A stretch of 64,000 nucleotides of DNA from Octopus bimaculoides (lineage: Eukaryota), in assembly GCF_001194135.2 (NCBI RefSeq), contig NC_068981.1, forward strand, positions 174,142,318-174,206,317, written 5' to 3'. The translations under genes were made by a program, and so were the position numbers. The first letter of the stretch is position 1; every line of letters begins with the position of its first letter. Shown here piece after piece: positions 1-11,899 of this stretch. The notes under the pieces are model-generated. The model was not told the DNA's origin and did not search any database. It saw only the letters and a program-made list of their open reading frames with translations.

Positions 1-40
<40 letters not shown>

Positions 41-41
41 G
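1..41. repeat. (TTA)n microsatellite
   Basis: Near-perfect ttattatta run at the window start. Confidence 0.95.
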
Positions 42-450
42 TATTACATAAATTATAAGTATACCTAGCTAGAATAAAAGTTTAACGTGTTCATATGTAT
101 TGTATTTGACTTCAAAATCCTAATGCAAAATATGTTGTCACTAATTACTAAAAAAAAAAAAAATTAAAATAAAAAAAAATAAAAAAGAAAGAAGCAAAAA
201 ATAAAGTAAAATTGCAAAGCCAGCCCTTGTAGGATTTGAACTCACAAAACAAGATTGGCTTTGCTATTTAGTCTTCAGACAGTGATTGAAAAATCACTGT
301 TTTACTTTACTTTATCAGTAGTACTAATGACTTGTAGATACGTGGTATTTCGTTATGCAATCATAATATACTATAAAGTATATTCAACGTTTTTATAAGC
401 CGTGTTCTACTGGCAATGCAGTGCGCTTTCACATCATTTGTTAAGGTTAA

Positions 451-670
451 AAGGCGGCGAGCTGGCAGAAACGTTAGCACGCCGGGCGAAATGCTTAGCG
501 GTATTCGTCTGTCTTCCCATTCTGAGTTCAGATTCCGCCGAGGTCGTCTTTGCCTTTCATCCTTTCGGGGTCGATAAATTAGGTACCAGTTACGTACTAG
601 GGTAGATCTAATGGGCTGGCCTCTTCCCCCCAAATTTCGGGCCTTGTGCCTAGAGTAGAAAAGATTATTT
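451..670 (+). mobile_element. tRNA-derived SINE, family A (about 220 bp, (ATT)n tail); reference copy
   Basis: Head aaggcggcgagctggcagaa (A-box-like), gagttcagattcc (B-box-like), body gtcgataaattaggtaccag, end ggccttgtgcc...attatt. More than 20 homologous copies in the window. OK/OR1/OR2 SINEs are described in Octopus, but I cannot map my labels onto them. Confidence 0.9.
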
Positions 671-860
671 GTTAAGGGTATAAAAATGGGCAGTGGGCGT
701 ATATGCCATATTTCGGGGATTTTTGCTCCTTCTTCAGTACCCATCTAACCCATAAATAATCCTGGAACACATTGCTTAAATAGTCCCTATATACATCTGA
801 CGTCTCGCATACGAAACGTAGTAACAAAAATCTGGGATGGTTATAATTTCTGCAGAATAT

Positions 861-1032
861 ATTCTTTTATTCTTTTATTTCTTTCAGTCTTGACTGCAGC
901 CATGTTGAAGCACTGCCTTTAATCGAAGAAATCGACCCCAGAACATTCTTTCTAAACCTATTTCCGAACCGCTAAGTTACGGGGACGTAAACACGCCAAC
1001 ATCAGTTGTTAAGCGATGATGGGGCGACAAAT

Positions 1033-1074
<42 letters not shown>

Positions 1075-1395
1075 NNNNNNNNNNNNNNNNNNNNNNNNNN
1101 NNNNNNNNNNNNNNNNNNNNNNNNNNNNNNNNNNNNNNNNNNNNNNNNNNNNNNNNNNNNNNNNNNNNNNNNNNNNNNNNNNNNNNNNNNNNNNNNNNNN
1201 NNNNNNNNNNNNNNNNNNNNNNNNNNNNNNNNNNNNNNNNNNNNNNNNNNNNNNNNNNNNNNNNNNNNNNNNNNNNNNNNNNNNNNNNNNNNNNNNNNNN
1301 NNNNNNNNNNNNNNNNNNNNNNNNNNNNNNNNNNNNNNNNNNNNNNNNNNNNNNNNNNNNNNNNNNNNNNNNNNNNNNTAGCCACTCCTGCGCCT
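861..1395 (-). mobile_element. tRNA-derived SINE, family B, with internal (CA/TA)n microsatellite (gap in the middle)
   Basis: 5' end aggcgcaggagtggc at 1395 on the minus strand. 3' half (ccgctaagttacggggacgtaaacac, (ttctttt)n tail) matches the copies at 20276 and 57985. Confidence 0.88.
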
Positions 1396-1939
1396 ATATA
1401 GAGATAACCTTAACAAGTAAATTATCAGTGGTGACTGATTTCTGTGTTAGCATGCATATATCAGTGGATACTTGCTATTGACAAAGCGCAAGGAAACAGA
1501 AATACGCTTTCAGCACTGCAACCATAGCCGCAAAACGATTTTCTTTTATACTATACGTCTATAAGTGTGTGTGTGAATGTATCTGCAGTGTGTGTATGTG
1601 TGTGTGTGTGTGTGTGTGTGTTGTGTGCGTGCATAGGCTTAAAGGTTGTATAGAAGTAGAACCTTTCACTGAGTGACTCGCAATATATAGTACATCTTTA
1701 GACACTGGTAATCCCATTTGTGGGTGATCAATTAATGTTCAGGCAAAGTGCTAAACCTCCGATTTCATATGAAGACCTCCCTAGCTACCCCTTGGCTGAG
1801 AAGATTGTGCAGTTTTAAATTCTTAAAATTTATCCAAGTTTACGTAAGAGCAAAATTATAGACCATATCCCGAAATTGCATAATGAAAGTTAACCGTAAC
1901 GTAAGGGCTATCTTTGTATATGCATTAGTGTGTGTGTGT

Positions 1940-1984
<45 letters not shown>

Positions 1985-1985
1985 C

Positions 1986-2041
<56 letters not shown>

Positions 2042-2715
2042 TCAGACCGTTAGAAGTCNNNNNNNNNNNNNNNNNNNNNNNNNNNNNNNNNNNNNNNNNN
2101 NNNNNNNNNNNNNNNNNNNNNNNNNNNNNNNNNNNNNNNNNNNNNNNNNNNNNNNNNNNNNNNNNNNNNNNNNNNNNNNNNNNNNNNNNNNNNNNNNNNN
2201 NNNNNNNNNNNNNNNNNNNNNNNNNNNNNNNNNNNNNNNNNNNNNNNNNNNNNNNNNNNNNNNNNNNNNNNNNNNNNNNNNNNNNNNNNNNNNNNNNNNN
2301 NNNNNNNNNNNNNNNNNNNNNNNNNNNNNNNNNNNNNNNNNNNNNNNNNNNNNNNNNNNNNNNNNNNNNNNNNNNNNNNNNNNNNNNNNNNNNNNNNNNN
2401 NNNNNNNNNNNNNNNNNNNNNNNNNNNNNNNNNNNNNNNNNNNNNNNNNNNNNNNNNNNNNNNNNNNNNNNNNNNNNNNNNNNNNNNNNNNNNNNNNNNN
2501 NNNNNNNNNNNNNNNNNNNNNNNNNNNNNNNNNNNNNNNNNNNNNNNNNNNNNNNNNNNNNNNNNNNNNNNNNNNNNNNNNNNNNNNNNNNNNNNNNNNN
2601 NNNNNNNNNNNNNNNNNNNNNNNNNNNNNNNNNNNNNNNNNNNNNNNATATATATATATACACACATATATGAATATATATAAATACATCTATAAATCTA
2701 TCTATCTATCTATCC

Positions 2716-2771
<56 letters not shown>

Positions 2772-3149
2772 GTTTGTATGAATGTATATAATTGTGTATA
2801 TATACACACACGCACACATATACATATATCCATTTTTCCGCATAATTAATTGCAATCACTTTAGCAAAAACTCGAATGCAGGTCACGGACATTTCGTCTC
2901 ACTCTATGGTCGGTCGAGCTACAAACTAGGTATTGATTGATAATTACTATTCTTGTTTATTGGATAGTCTGTTGAAGAACAGTCGGTTCCATATTCATTA
3001 AAAAGTATTTCAGCCTAGAATGTGTGGAGAGAGGTTCTTGCAGATAATGTACTGTTCGTAGAGAGCAAACGGAGCGAGAGGGAGTTACCTAGGGTGGTGT
3101 TGATGGTGAAGAGAATTTCTGAAATATTCAGTTCTGGAGAAGAAGGATT

Positions 3150-3432
3150 GTATAGTGAAGAATAAATGAAGAAGAAATAGTAATGACGATAAGAAATAAT
3201 GGGTCACTGAACGAGAAAGAGAAAGGAAGGAAATAAGAGGAAAAAGAGGAGGGAGAGGAAGAAACAAAAAGAAGAAAGAAGAGGTGAATGAGGGGAAAGA
3301 AGAAAAAGGGGAAGAAATAAAGAAAAAGTAGAAGGGAGAAAGGGGAAAAAAAGGAAAGTGAGGATGAGGAAAAGAGGAAAAGATGAGGAGGAGAAGGAAG
3401 AAGAAGACGAAGAGAAAGGAGAAAAAGAAGAG
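3150..3432. repeat. Purine-rich low-complexity tract
   Basis: Almost pure A/G on the + strand; explains the F/S/L-rich and E/K-rich pseudo-ORFs. Confidence 0.85.
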
Positions 3433-3561
3433 GAAAATGTTCATCAAAAATATATCAGGGCTTGCATCAAGATGCTGTTTTTATTGAATAATCAACCAGA
3501 GTTCCTCAGTTTTAAATGTGTAGATACATTTCGGTTCTGGTGGTGTTGGCAAGCCTTTAGT

Positions 3562-3944
3562 TGTTGTTGGCACCCTGTCGCTTACGACGTCGAGGGTTCC
3601 AGTTGATCCAATCAACGGAACAGCCTGCTCGTGAAATTAACGTGCAAGTGACTGAGCACTCCACAGACACGTGTACCCTTAACGTAGTTCTCGGGGATAT
3701 TCAGCGTGACAGTGTGACAAGGCTGGCCCTTTGAATTACCGGCACAACAGAAACAGGAAGTAAGAGTGAGAGAAAGTTGTGGTGAAAGAGTACAGCAGGG
3801 TTCGCCACCAACCCCTACCGGAGCATCGTGGAGCTTTAGGTGTTTTCGCTCAATAAACACTCACAGCGCCCGGTCTGGGAATCGAAACCGCGATCCTATG
3901 ACCGCGAGTCCGCTGCCCTAACCACTGGGCCATTGCGCCTCCAC
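3562..3944 (-). mobile_element. Full-length tRNA-derived SINE, family C, (CAA)n tail, 12-bp TSD
   Basis: Minus-strand head gtggaggcgcaatggcccagtggttagggcagcggactcgcgg...ggtttcgattccc. Tail caacaac. TSD caagcctttagt at 3550-3561 and 3947-3958. Confidence 0.92.
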
Positions 3945-4430
3945 GACAAGCCTTTAGTATAGCCATCGGAACAAACCTTCTTTCAGATAGTACTGTAAAT
4001 GGTTTTAGCGACAATATTATGTCTCATGAGATTTAACATTGTTGCAAAAGATATGCATGATATCTATCACACTGGCACGTGCGCGCACACAGGCGCACAC
4101 ATATACACACGGTTATGTATACCTACTGATTATTTACCATCCCCTACTAATTGCTTGTGAAGTTTATCCTTCTGCTTAAATTGTAATTATATTTGTGGGT
4201 TGTTTGTACGATGAACAGAAGAATACATGTATGTGAGTATGTGTGCATGTAAGCATGTCATGTTTTTGACGTCTATTGACAACAACGTAACTTAATATTA
4301 GCATCTCCCTACAACCGCTTGTCAATTTCAATGTTTTTCTCCTGGCTCCATCTCGCACTAACCCTCACGCCGTTACTCCACCCACCATTGAAATATAACT
4401 CAACAAGTTTTTCTTTTGTCTCCTTTATAG

Positions 4431-4556
4431 AGTTACGCCAGGTATATTTATAAGGAATGTCACAATACATTGACTAAACATTGAAAACGGGCCTTATAGA
4501 TTAATCTTGGCATATCTCTGTATTACAGATTCTACTGTTAATATTATTGCATTGTG
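4431..4556 (+). CDS. Candidate micro-exon pair (4431-4441, 4529-4556) of an unidentified gene
   Basis: tttttcttttgtctcctttatag|AGTTACGCCAG|gtatat and atatctctgtattacag|28 nt|gtaaga. One joined frame reads LRQILLLILLHC, which is signal-peptide-like. No homology recognised. Confidence 0.2.
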
Positions 4557-5226
4557 GTAAGAGTTTACTATATTTTACTGGGCGACCAGATTGAGAAATC
4601 GGAGGTGAGGGAAAGAACCATGTTTTGGAGTCTTAATGTTCTGTTTTTGACCCGCAATTTGAATGGTGTAAAGCATATGTGAGTAGGTATTTCCTCCGGC
4701 TCTTTACATTCTTAATTCAAACACTGTCGAAATCAACTTCGCCTTTTAGCCTTTTAGAGTCGATAAAATAAAGTACCAGCTAAGTACTGGAGATGATGTA
4801 ACTGACTTTCCCACAATCCCTTCAAAATGCTGGTTTCATGCCAAACTAGAAAGAATTTTGCTGTTACATAATTGTTGAGTTTTGCATGGAAACTGATTGC
4901 TTAAACTCAGGTCATGCCTGACTGATCAAAAACTTTTGATATAACACGTTTCAACCGTGAACGTTTCGACTTTTATTTTAGACGTAATATTTCTCGGATT
5001 CAATTATTTAAGTGTATTATCTAAGTGAGATTTGAGATAAATTTGACTGCTATTTTCAGCAAGTCTGTTGACTGCTTGAACGACCATTTGTTAGCTCAGA
5101 GGTACTAGTTGTATTCGAAATTAATTGGCAGTTTGTAAACTTCTAATGTAGGTTCTCAATTCCAAGACATATGCTGCGGTGGAAATTCCTTACATTGTAT
5201 ATTTTACCCGTCTCAGGAATATAGAG

Positions 5227-5484
5227 CAATGGTTTTCAAATGGGTAGCATATGACCTTAGTGGGGTCTACATAAGATTTTGTTGTTAAAGTTTATGTGCC
5301 ATAAATTGCTTACACTTCTATAATGCACAAGATATTTTAACAACTTTTGATAAAAAGTTCCTAATGATATTTAATTATAAAAATATATTATGACTTTTTA
5401 AACATTGAATGACTGGGAGGGTCCATCTGTGTAAAATAGGAATCAAAGGGATTCTTAAATAAAAAATGGTTTTGAGAATCATTG
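5227..5484. mobile_element. hAT-like MITE
   Basis: Imperfect TIRs caatggttttcaaa / tttgagaatcattg. Left flank atatagag fits the nTnTAGAn target preference of Charlie-type hATs. No matching TSD. Confidence 0.6.
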
Positions 5485-6175
5485 AGTGTCGCCTTGTGTT
5501 CATTCTAAACTACAACAAATTAGAAGCCTGAGCCTTTAAATAATATTTTTCTGACGCAGACTACCGCTAATGTTTTCATACGAGGATTCAACCGAAAGTA
5601 ATGCAAAAGTGGACATAACATTTTTATTGATCAACATAGGTTATTCAGATGTAAAACGAAAAAAAAAAAATACAAAAAAATACAAAAAAAAAAATAACGA
5701 GAAAGAGAATAATGTATCTTTTTTAGCATTTTTTTCTGTTATTCGTAACTTTTTAGTGTGAAGATTATTTGCTAACATAACGCGGCAGTCGAATGTTACT
5801 GTTATTTAACCCCAGGAAACATCGTCTCCAGCTGGCTATACGACACACAATTTGTGTCCATTCGACTGCCACGTTATATNNNNNNNNNNNNNNNNNNNNN
5901 NNNNNNNNNNNNNNNNNNNNNNNNNNNNNNNNNNNNNNNNNNNNNNNNNNNNNNNNNNNNNNNNNNNNNNNNNNNNNNNNNNNNNNNNNNNNNNNNNNNN
6001 NNNNNNNNNNNNNNNNNNNNNNNNNNNNNNNNNNNNNNNNNNNNNNNNNNNNNNNNNNNNNNNNNNNNNNNNNNNNNNNNNNNNNNNNNNNNNNNNNNNN
6101 NNNNNNNNNNNNNNNNNNNNNNNNNNNNNNNNNNNNNNNNNNNNNNNNNNNNNNNNNNNNNNNNNNNNNNNNNNN

Positions 6176-6778
6176 AATGCACCGGGGACAAATCGCCGGG
6201 GCTGGATAGTCAGCCTTATGAATTCTATTGTAGCATGTCAGACTTGTTCGGGCACTTGATAGCCTGCGTCTGCATGAACTGGCAGCAGAATGGGAGGATT
6301 CCTAGCTCTGTGAGTCGGGGAGTGGTGACGCTGATCAGAAAAGACCCGAGCAGGGGGATCATATTAGTAATTTTAGGCCCATAACTGTACTTAATATAGA
6401 GGGAAAGATTTTGGCCAAGGTGCTAGCTAAGAGGTTGGCGCGTCTCGCGGAGTAACCTGTTGGGAGGGCGCAGACATGCGCCATCCCAGGCAGGTCAATC
6501 CAGGACAATCTCCATCTGCGCTACACCTCAGATAGGGTGAGTAAGTTATCCGGTAAAGGTGCGGCACTGGTCCATTTAGACCAAAGTAAAGCTTTTGATA
6601 GGGTAGACCACCAATACCTGGCGGCGGTCCTCGAGGCGGCTGGGCCGGGCCCAGACGTCCGTGGTTGTATCACTGCCCTTTATGGCGGCATCAAATCTAC
6701 AGTCCAGATAAACGGTTACCTGTCGGTGCCGTTTAGAATCGAGCGCTCGGTTTGGAAGGGGTGCCCCCGGTCTCCGCT
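6176..6778 (+). mobile_element. L1/Tx1-clade LINE reverse transcriptase fragment (frameshifts, stop)
   Basis: Stitched frames read KSPGLD..PYEFY, FRPITVLNIEGKILAKVLAKRL, QTCAIPGRSIQDNL, LVHLDQSKAFDRVDHQYL, VQINGYLS, GCP. GC-rich island bounded by two gaps. Confidence 0.92.
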
Positions 6779-7464
6779 NNNNNNNNNNNNNNNNNNNNNN
6801 NNNNNNNNNNNNNNNNNNNNNNNNNNNNNNNNNNNNNNNNNNNNNNNNNNNNNNNNNNNNNNNNNNNNNNNNNNNNNNNNNNNNNNNNNNNNNNNNNNNN
6901 NNNNNNNNNNNNNNNNNNNNNNNNNNNNNNNNNNNNNNNNNNNNNNNNNNNNNNNNNNNNNNNNNNNNNNNNNNNNNNNNNNNNNNNNNNNNNNNNNNNN
7001 NNNNNNNNNNNNNNNNNNNNNNNNNNNNNNNNNNNNNNNNNNNNNNNNNNNNNNNNNNNNNNNNNNNNNNNNNNNNNNNNNNNNNNNNNNNNNNNNNNNN
7101 NNNNNNNNNNNNNNNNNNNNNNNNNNNNNNNNNNNNNNNNNNNNNNNNNNNNNNNNNNNNNNNNNNNNNNNNNNNNNNNNNNNNNNNNNNNNNNNNNNNN
7201 NNNNNNNNNNNNNNNNNNNNNNNNNNNNNNNNNNNNNNNNNNNNNNNNNNNNNNNNNNNNNNNNNNNNNNNNNNNNNNNNNNNNNNNNNNNNNNNNNNNN
7301 NNNNNNNNNNNNNNNNNNNNNNNNNNNNNNNNNNNNNNNNNNNNNNNNNNNNNNNNNNNNNNNNNNNNNNNNNNNNNNNNNNNNNNNNNNNATATGTTTT
7401 TGTGAGTGTGTGCGTGTGTATGTGTATTTATGTATGTATATATATTTGTGTGAGTGTGTGCGTG

Positions 7465-7495
<31 letters not shown>

Positions 7496-8611
7496 CCACA
7501 CACACACATATGTATGTATGTATGTTTATATGCAACTACCATTTGTAAATATTAATATAATAGAAGAGTGTTTTCTTTAGCATGCAGTACTGAGTTCAAA
7601 TGTCCCCATTTATATAGCTTGGAGTGGGAAGTTATCCAGCTGGCGTACTTGCCCTAGATACTCAACATGAAGACGAAGCCTTCAGGTGGTGATTCAATTG
7701 TATGCACTTTCTCACTATAACAATACTTTTAATACACCAAACTTTAGACATAATGAATTTATGAATATTAAAATTTGACGCCGTCGTTCTTGCTGTCAAG
7801 CGATAATATTCTTGAAACTTCAATATATTCAAAGTTTTGCTTCATGTTCATTGTTTAAGGTCGAATATTATTAATTTCAGCGAGATTAATAAAAGTATTC
7901 GGTTGATATTTAGTTGAGTCATGTAACAGATGTTGGTTCTAAAGAGCTGGAGGTGAGGAAAAAAAATGTATATATACGCTAAAATCGGCACTAGGTAAGA
8001 TTCAGCAATGCACACACTATTGTTATTGTGTTTTGTTTGGCTACATTCTATAAACAGAACATTGATAGATGAAACAAAGTAAGATCGGCTCAGGGCAACG
8101 GAGAATTTAATGATGTTTTCTTTGCTCTGAAATATAAAGCTTTATCCACTAAGCAATGCTGACAGATATTTCAACTCGATCGTTAGAAGAGGGCGATGAT
8201 AGATCTCTTCATTTAACATCTGTTTCAAATTAAGTTTCCTGAAAGAAGAATAAAGGAAAAGGTGATGATGATGATGGTGATGATAATGATGATGATGACT
8301 GTGCTAGTAGTGGTAGTGGTGGTAGTAGTGGTTGTGGTGAAGAAGCCTGGCTTTTACGATATTTTGTTTGTGCATGGGTGGCAAGACCACAGAAAGATAC
8401 TGAAAACGATACTCACTTGTTATTATAGAAGACATTCTGTTTATAACAATGTTGGATTCTCCGTCGGTCTCGACGATGACATTCAGTTATTCCTCAACAT
8501 AACATTAAAGTAATTTAGTTATTTTACTCACAGCTTACTTTTCCACATGTAACATCAATGATATTTTAGGAGAAATAGCTGTCTCTTAACCCACAATGTA
8601 TGCGTGTGTGT

Positions 8612-8850
8612 GAAGGCGAGTGTCCTAGTGGTTAGAGTATTACACTCACAATCACAAGATCGTGGTTTCTATTCCCAGACCGGGCGGTTCGTTATGTTCT
8701 TCAGTAAAACACTCCATCTTTAGTTGACCTGCGATCACTTTGGCTTGTGACCCGTAGCCCACCGTTATGTTGATTTGGTGGAACGTGTGAGCTAATGTAC
8801 AGTACAAACATTTGATCGCTATAAATAAAGATCATCCGTGCATGTTGATA
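8612..8850 (+). mobile_element. tRNA-derived SINE, family D (diverged)
   Basis: Head gaaggcgagtgtcctagtggttagagt...ggtttctattcccagaccgggcg, similar to the family C head, followed by a different body. Confidence 0.7.
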
Positions 8851-8871
8851 GGTTGGGTGTCTTTATCATAG

Positions 8872-8925
8872 TAACGCGTGATGAAGAAGCTAAGGCTATT
8901 TTTGCCAGTGCAGAGACCGGTCCAC
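8872..8925 (+). CDS. Candidate 54-nt phase 1-1 exon (xTRDEEAKAIFASAETGP)
   Basis: gtctttatcatag acceptor, open frame with protein-like composition, donor CAC|gtgagt. Phase-compatible with the 4529-4556 candidate. Confidence 0.25.
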
Positions 8926-9058
8926 GTGAGTCCCAATACTTAAATGTACGTTGGGAGATTATCTTAACCTGATTTGCATTCGGTTGATTTCTGTAGTTAT
9001 CATCAGTGCATTTTGACTGTTATTTCCAGCAGGTAGTCATACTTAGTATGCCCTTTGA

Positions 9059-9105
<47 letters not shown>

Positions 9106-9106
<1 letters not shown>

Positions 9107-9575
9107 ACAAGATTGTCAATTGTTCGGCGACGGCCCTCCAAGATCAGGTTCATGAATTTTCATGATGTTTTCATCCGATCGGGAGGTTGATAGACGCCCT
9201 GAATGGGATTGGTTTCATGCGACAAGTGACCATTCCTAAAGCGTGAAAACCACTCGTAAACTTGTGTTTTGTTCATGGCAGCGTCCTTGTAAGCTTTTGG
9301 GAGCATGACAACTGTTTCGGCCACTGCTTTCTTCAGCAGAAAACAGAATTTCACGGAAGCACGCTGTTCCTTCGTTTCAGCCATCGCAAAAATCGACGAA
9401 CAGAGGAGAAGCACTGCAAAACAAAGACGCACCACATGGCAGTATGACCTCACTACACGATGCTACTGGGAAGACTGATGCCTGAATGTCGCATCAAGTG
9501 GCTTCTAGCGGTTAATTTTGGGTAACCCCACGTATTATGTTCTTTTCTGTTTTCAATTATTTGGATTCTTCCCCT
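9106..9575 (-). mobile_element. Mariner transposon 5' fragment (N-terminal HTH of transposase)
   Basis: MAETKEQRASVKFCFLLKKAVAETVVMLPKAYKDAAMNKTQVYEWFSRFRNG is the typical mariner N-terminus; ATG at 9384. Confidence 0.88.
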
Positions 9576-10647
9576 AGAAGGAGCAAGTTTCTAACAAAGA
9601 TACAACATTCTATCGTTGGTTTGTAAATCAAAGACAATGTCACATTTTAAACTTGAGAAAAGTCTTGCATATTTTATCTGTTCCACTTACAGACTGTGTT
9701 TGTTATGTGCGAGTTAAATGGTTGATTTCTTTTTCTAAAAACCTTAGCTTATCCACATTGTCATTTACTCACACTACTCATGTATGTATGTATGTATGTA
9801 TGTATGTATGTATGTATGTATGTATGTATGTATTATGTATGTATGTATGTATGTATGTATGTATGTATGTATGTGTGTGTGTATGTGCCTGTGTGTGTAC
9901 GCGTGTACGTGTGTGTGTGTGTGTGTGTACGAATGTTTTTGTGTTTGAGTGTGTGTTTGTGTGGGTATATGGGTGCATGTTAACAGAAGGAAAATGCTGC
10001 AGTAGTTAATTTTATGTCTAAAACCAAGAAACACACACATATACATTCACAGATACACACACTCACACACACACTCACACACACACATATACATTCACAG
10101 ATACACACACTCATACACACACTCTCTCTCTCTCTCACACACACATACATACGCACATGAACTCAAATATTTGATATGGCGAAAATCCAGAACATGATGG
10201 GAAAAATGTTATCTTTGGAATAAAGGATATCCAAGCAATTTCTATCGATTATTGATTACCATTAATGAAATTGATATTGATGAAAATCTCTTGTATGAAA
10301 TTTACGTTTCGATCAGCGCAGACAAAACAAATTTTTAATGCAGTTTTGATTCCTTTAATTCTTCCTTTAACCATTTGTGTTCAGTGAACCGAATCCCGAG
10401 ATTGAGTTGAATGTCTTGACTAAACAAATATGAATGGAAAATTAATCTTAAGATTCACAAAACATAAGCAAAAAGTCAATGAGAATTCTGCTTTGAGAAT
10501 TAACATTTTGCTGTTCGTGTCATTTCATTATTGTTATTTTAGACTGAAAGGGAATTACTAGAATAATAGTAGGAGTGGTAGTAGCAGAAACAGCAGCAGC
10601 AGCAGTAACAGTAGTATTAGTAGTAGTAATAAATAATAATGATAATG

Positions 10648-11073
10648 GTTCCAAATTTTGTCACAATGCTAGCAATTTCGGGAGTGGGGTTAAGTGGATT
10701 ACATCGATCTCGAAGGGATGAAAAGCAAAGTCAACCTCGGCGGAATTTGTACTCCGCACATAAAAACGGAGAGAATGCCGTTTAGCATTCTGATCGGCGG
10801 GCTAACGTGTCTGACAGCTTGTTGAATTAATAATAACAACAGCAATAATGATAATCCTTTCTACTATAGGCACAGGGTCTGAAATTTATTTTAGGAGAGG
10901 GGACTAGTCGATTACATCGACCCCAGTGTTTCACCGATACTTAATTCATCGATCCCGAAAGGATGAAAGGCAAAGTTGACCTCAGTGGAATTTGAACTCA
11001 GAGCGTAGTGGCAGATAAAATACCGCAAAGCATTTCGCCCGGCGTGTTAACGATTCTGCCAGCTCGCCGCCTT
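10648..11073 (-). mobile_element. Two head-to-tail SINE-A copies
   Basis: Reverse complements of family A at about 10648-10822 and 10855-11073, separated by (AAT/AAC)n. Confidence 0.85.
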
Positions 11074-11080
11074 AAATAAC

Positions 11081-11145
<65 letters not shown>

Positions 11146-11180
11146 TGATGATGATGATGATGATGATAATAATAATAATA

Positions 11181-11505
11181 ATAGTTGCGAAAAGGAAGAA
11201 AGAAAAAGTCGATAAATATAACAGGTTAGCTTGGGAGGTTAAGCAGTTGTGGTCGCTGAAAAAAGTGGTAGTAGTACCAATAATTGTTGGAACCCTGGGA
11301 ACAGTGAGTAAAAATTTTGAGAAGTACATGGAACAAATAGGGGCTGCAATAAAGGTGGAGCACTTGCAGAAAACAGCACTGCTTGGAACCGATCGAATAC
11401 TCCGTATCGAGCTCGAAAAATAAGGGGTGTTACCTTAGTTCAGTGGTAGTGAACAGCTGACACCGTAGTACATCTCCAGCGTTAGAAGTTGTACAAAGAC
11501 AATAC
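11181..11505 (+). mobile_element. 5'-truncated R4/Dong-like RLE non-LTR retrotransposon (C-terminus plus 3' UTR) inside (AAT)n
   Basis: KEKVDKYNRLAWEVKQLW..VVVVPIIVGTLGTV...EHLQKTALLGTDRILRIELEK* is the C-terminal part of a restriction-like endonuclease domain. Stop at 11421-11423. (AAT)n on both sides. Confidence 0.85.
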
Positions 11506-11565
<60 letters not shown>

Positions 11566-11566
<1 letters not shown>

Positions 11567-11779
11567 GTTTCAAATTTTGAAACAAGATCAGCAGTTTTGG
11601 GCGAAGGGGTAAGTTGATTATATCGACTGCAGTGGTTACCTGGTACTTATTTTATCGACCCCGACAGGGTAAAAGGTAAAGTCGACCCCGTCAGAATTCG
11701 AAATCAGAGCGTAAAGACGGATGAAATACAACTAAGTAGTTTGTCCGGCGTGCTAATGATTCTGCCTACTCGCTGCCTT
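11566..11779 (-). mobile_element. SINE-A copy whose (ATT)n tail hosts the 11181 element
   Basis: Reverse complement of family A; its tail merges into the (AAT)n run at 11506-11565. Confidence 0.87.
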
Positions 11780-11786
11780 AATAATG

Positions 11787-11847
<61 letters not shown>

Positions 11848-11863
11848 CAATAATAACAATCAG

Positions 11864-11899
<36 letters not shown>

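Noticed and set aside
781-830. Hammerhead-like ctgacgt...cgaaacgt after a TATA-like box
   Set aside because: A9 is mutated and helix II cannot close.
3865-3944. tRNA genes at SINE heads (also 8612, 16390, 58330-58407)
   Set aside because: The tRNA-like region runs into a SINE body and lacks a complete acceptor stem; these are SINE promoters.
11424-11779. R4-like element as the partner LINE of SINE-A
   Set aside because: No shared 3' sequence, and they lie in opposite orientation relative to the (AAT)n target.
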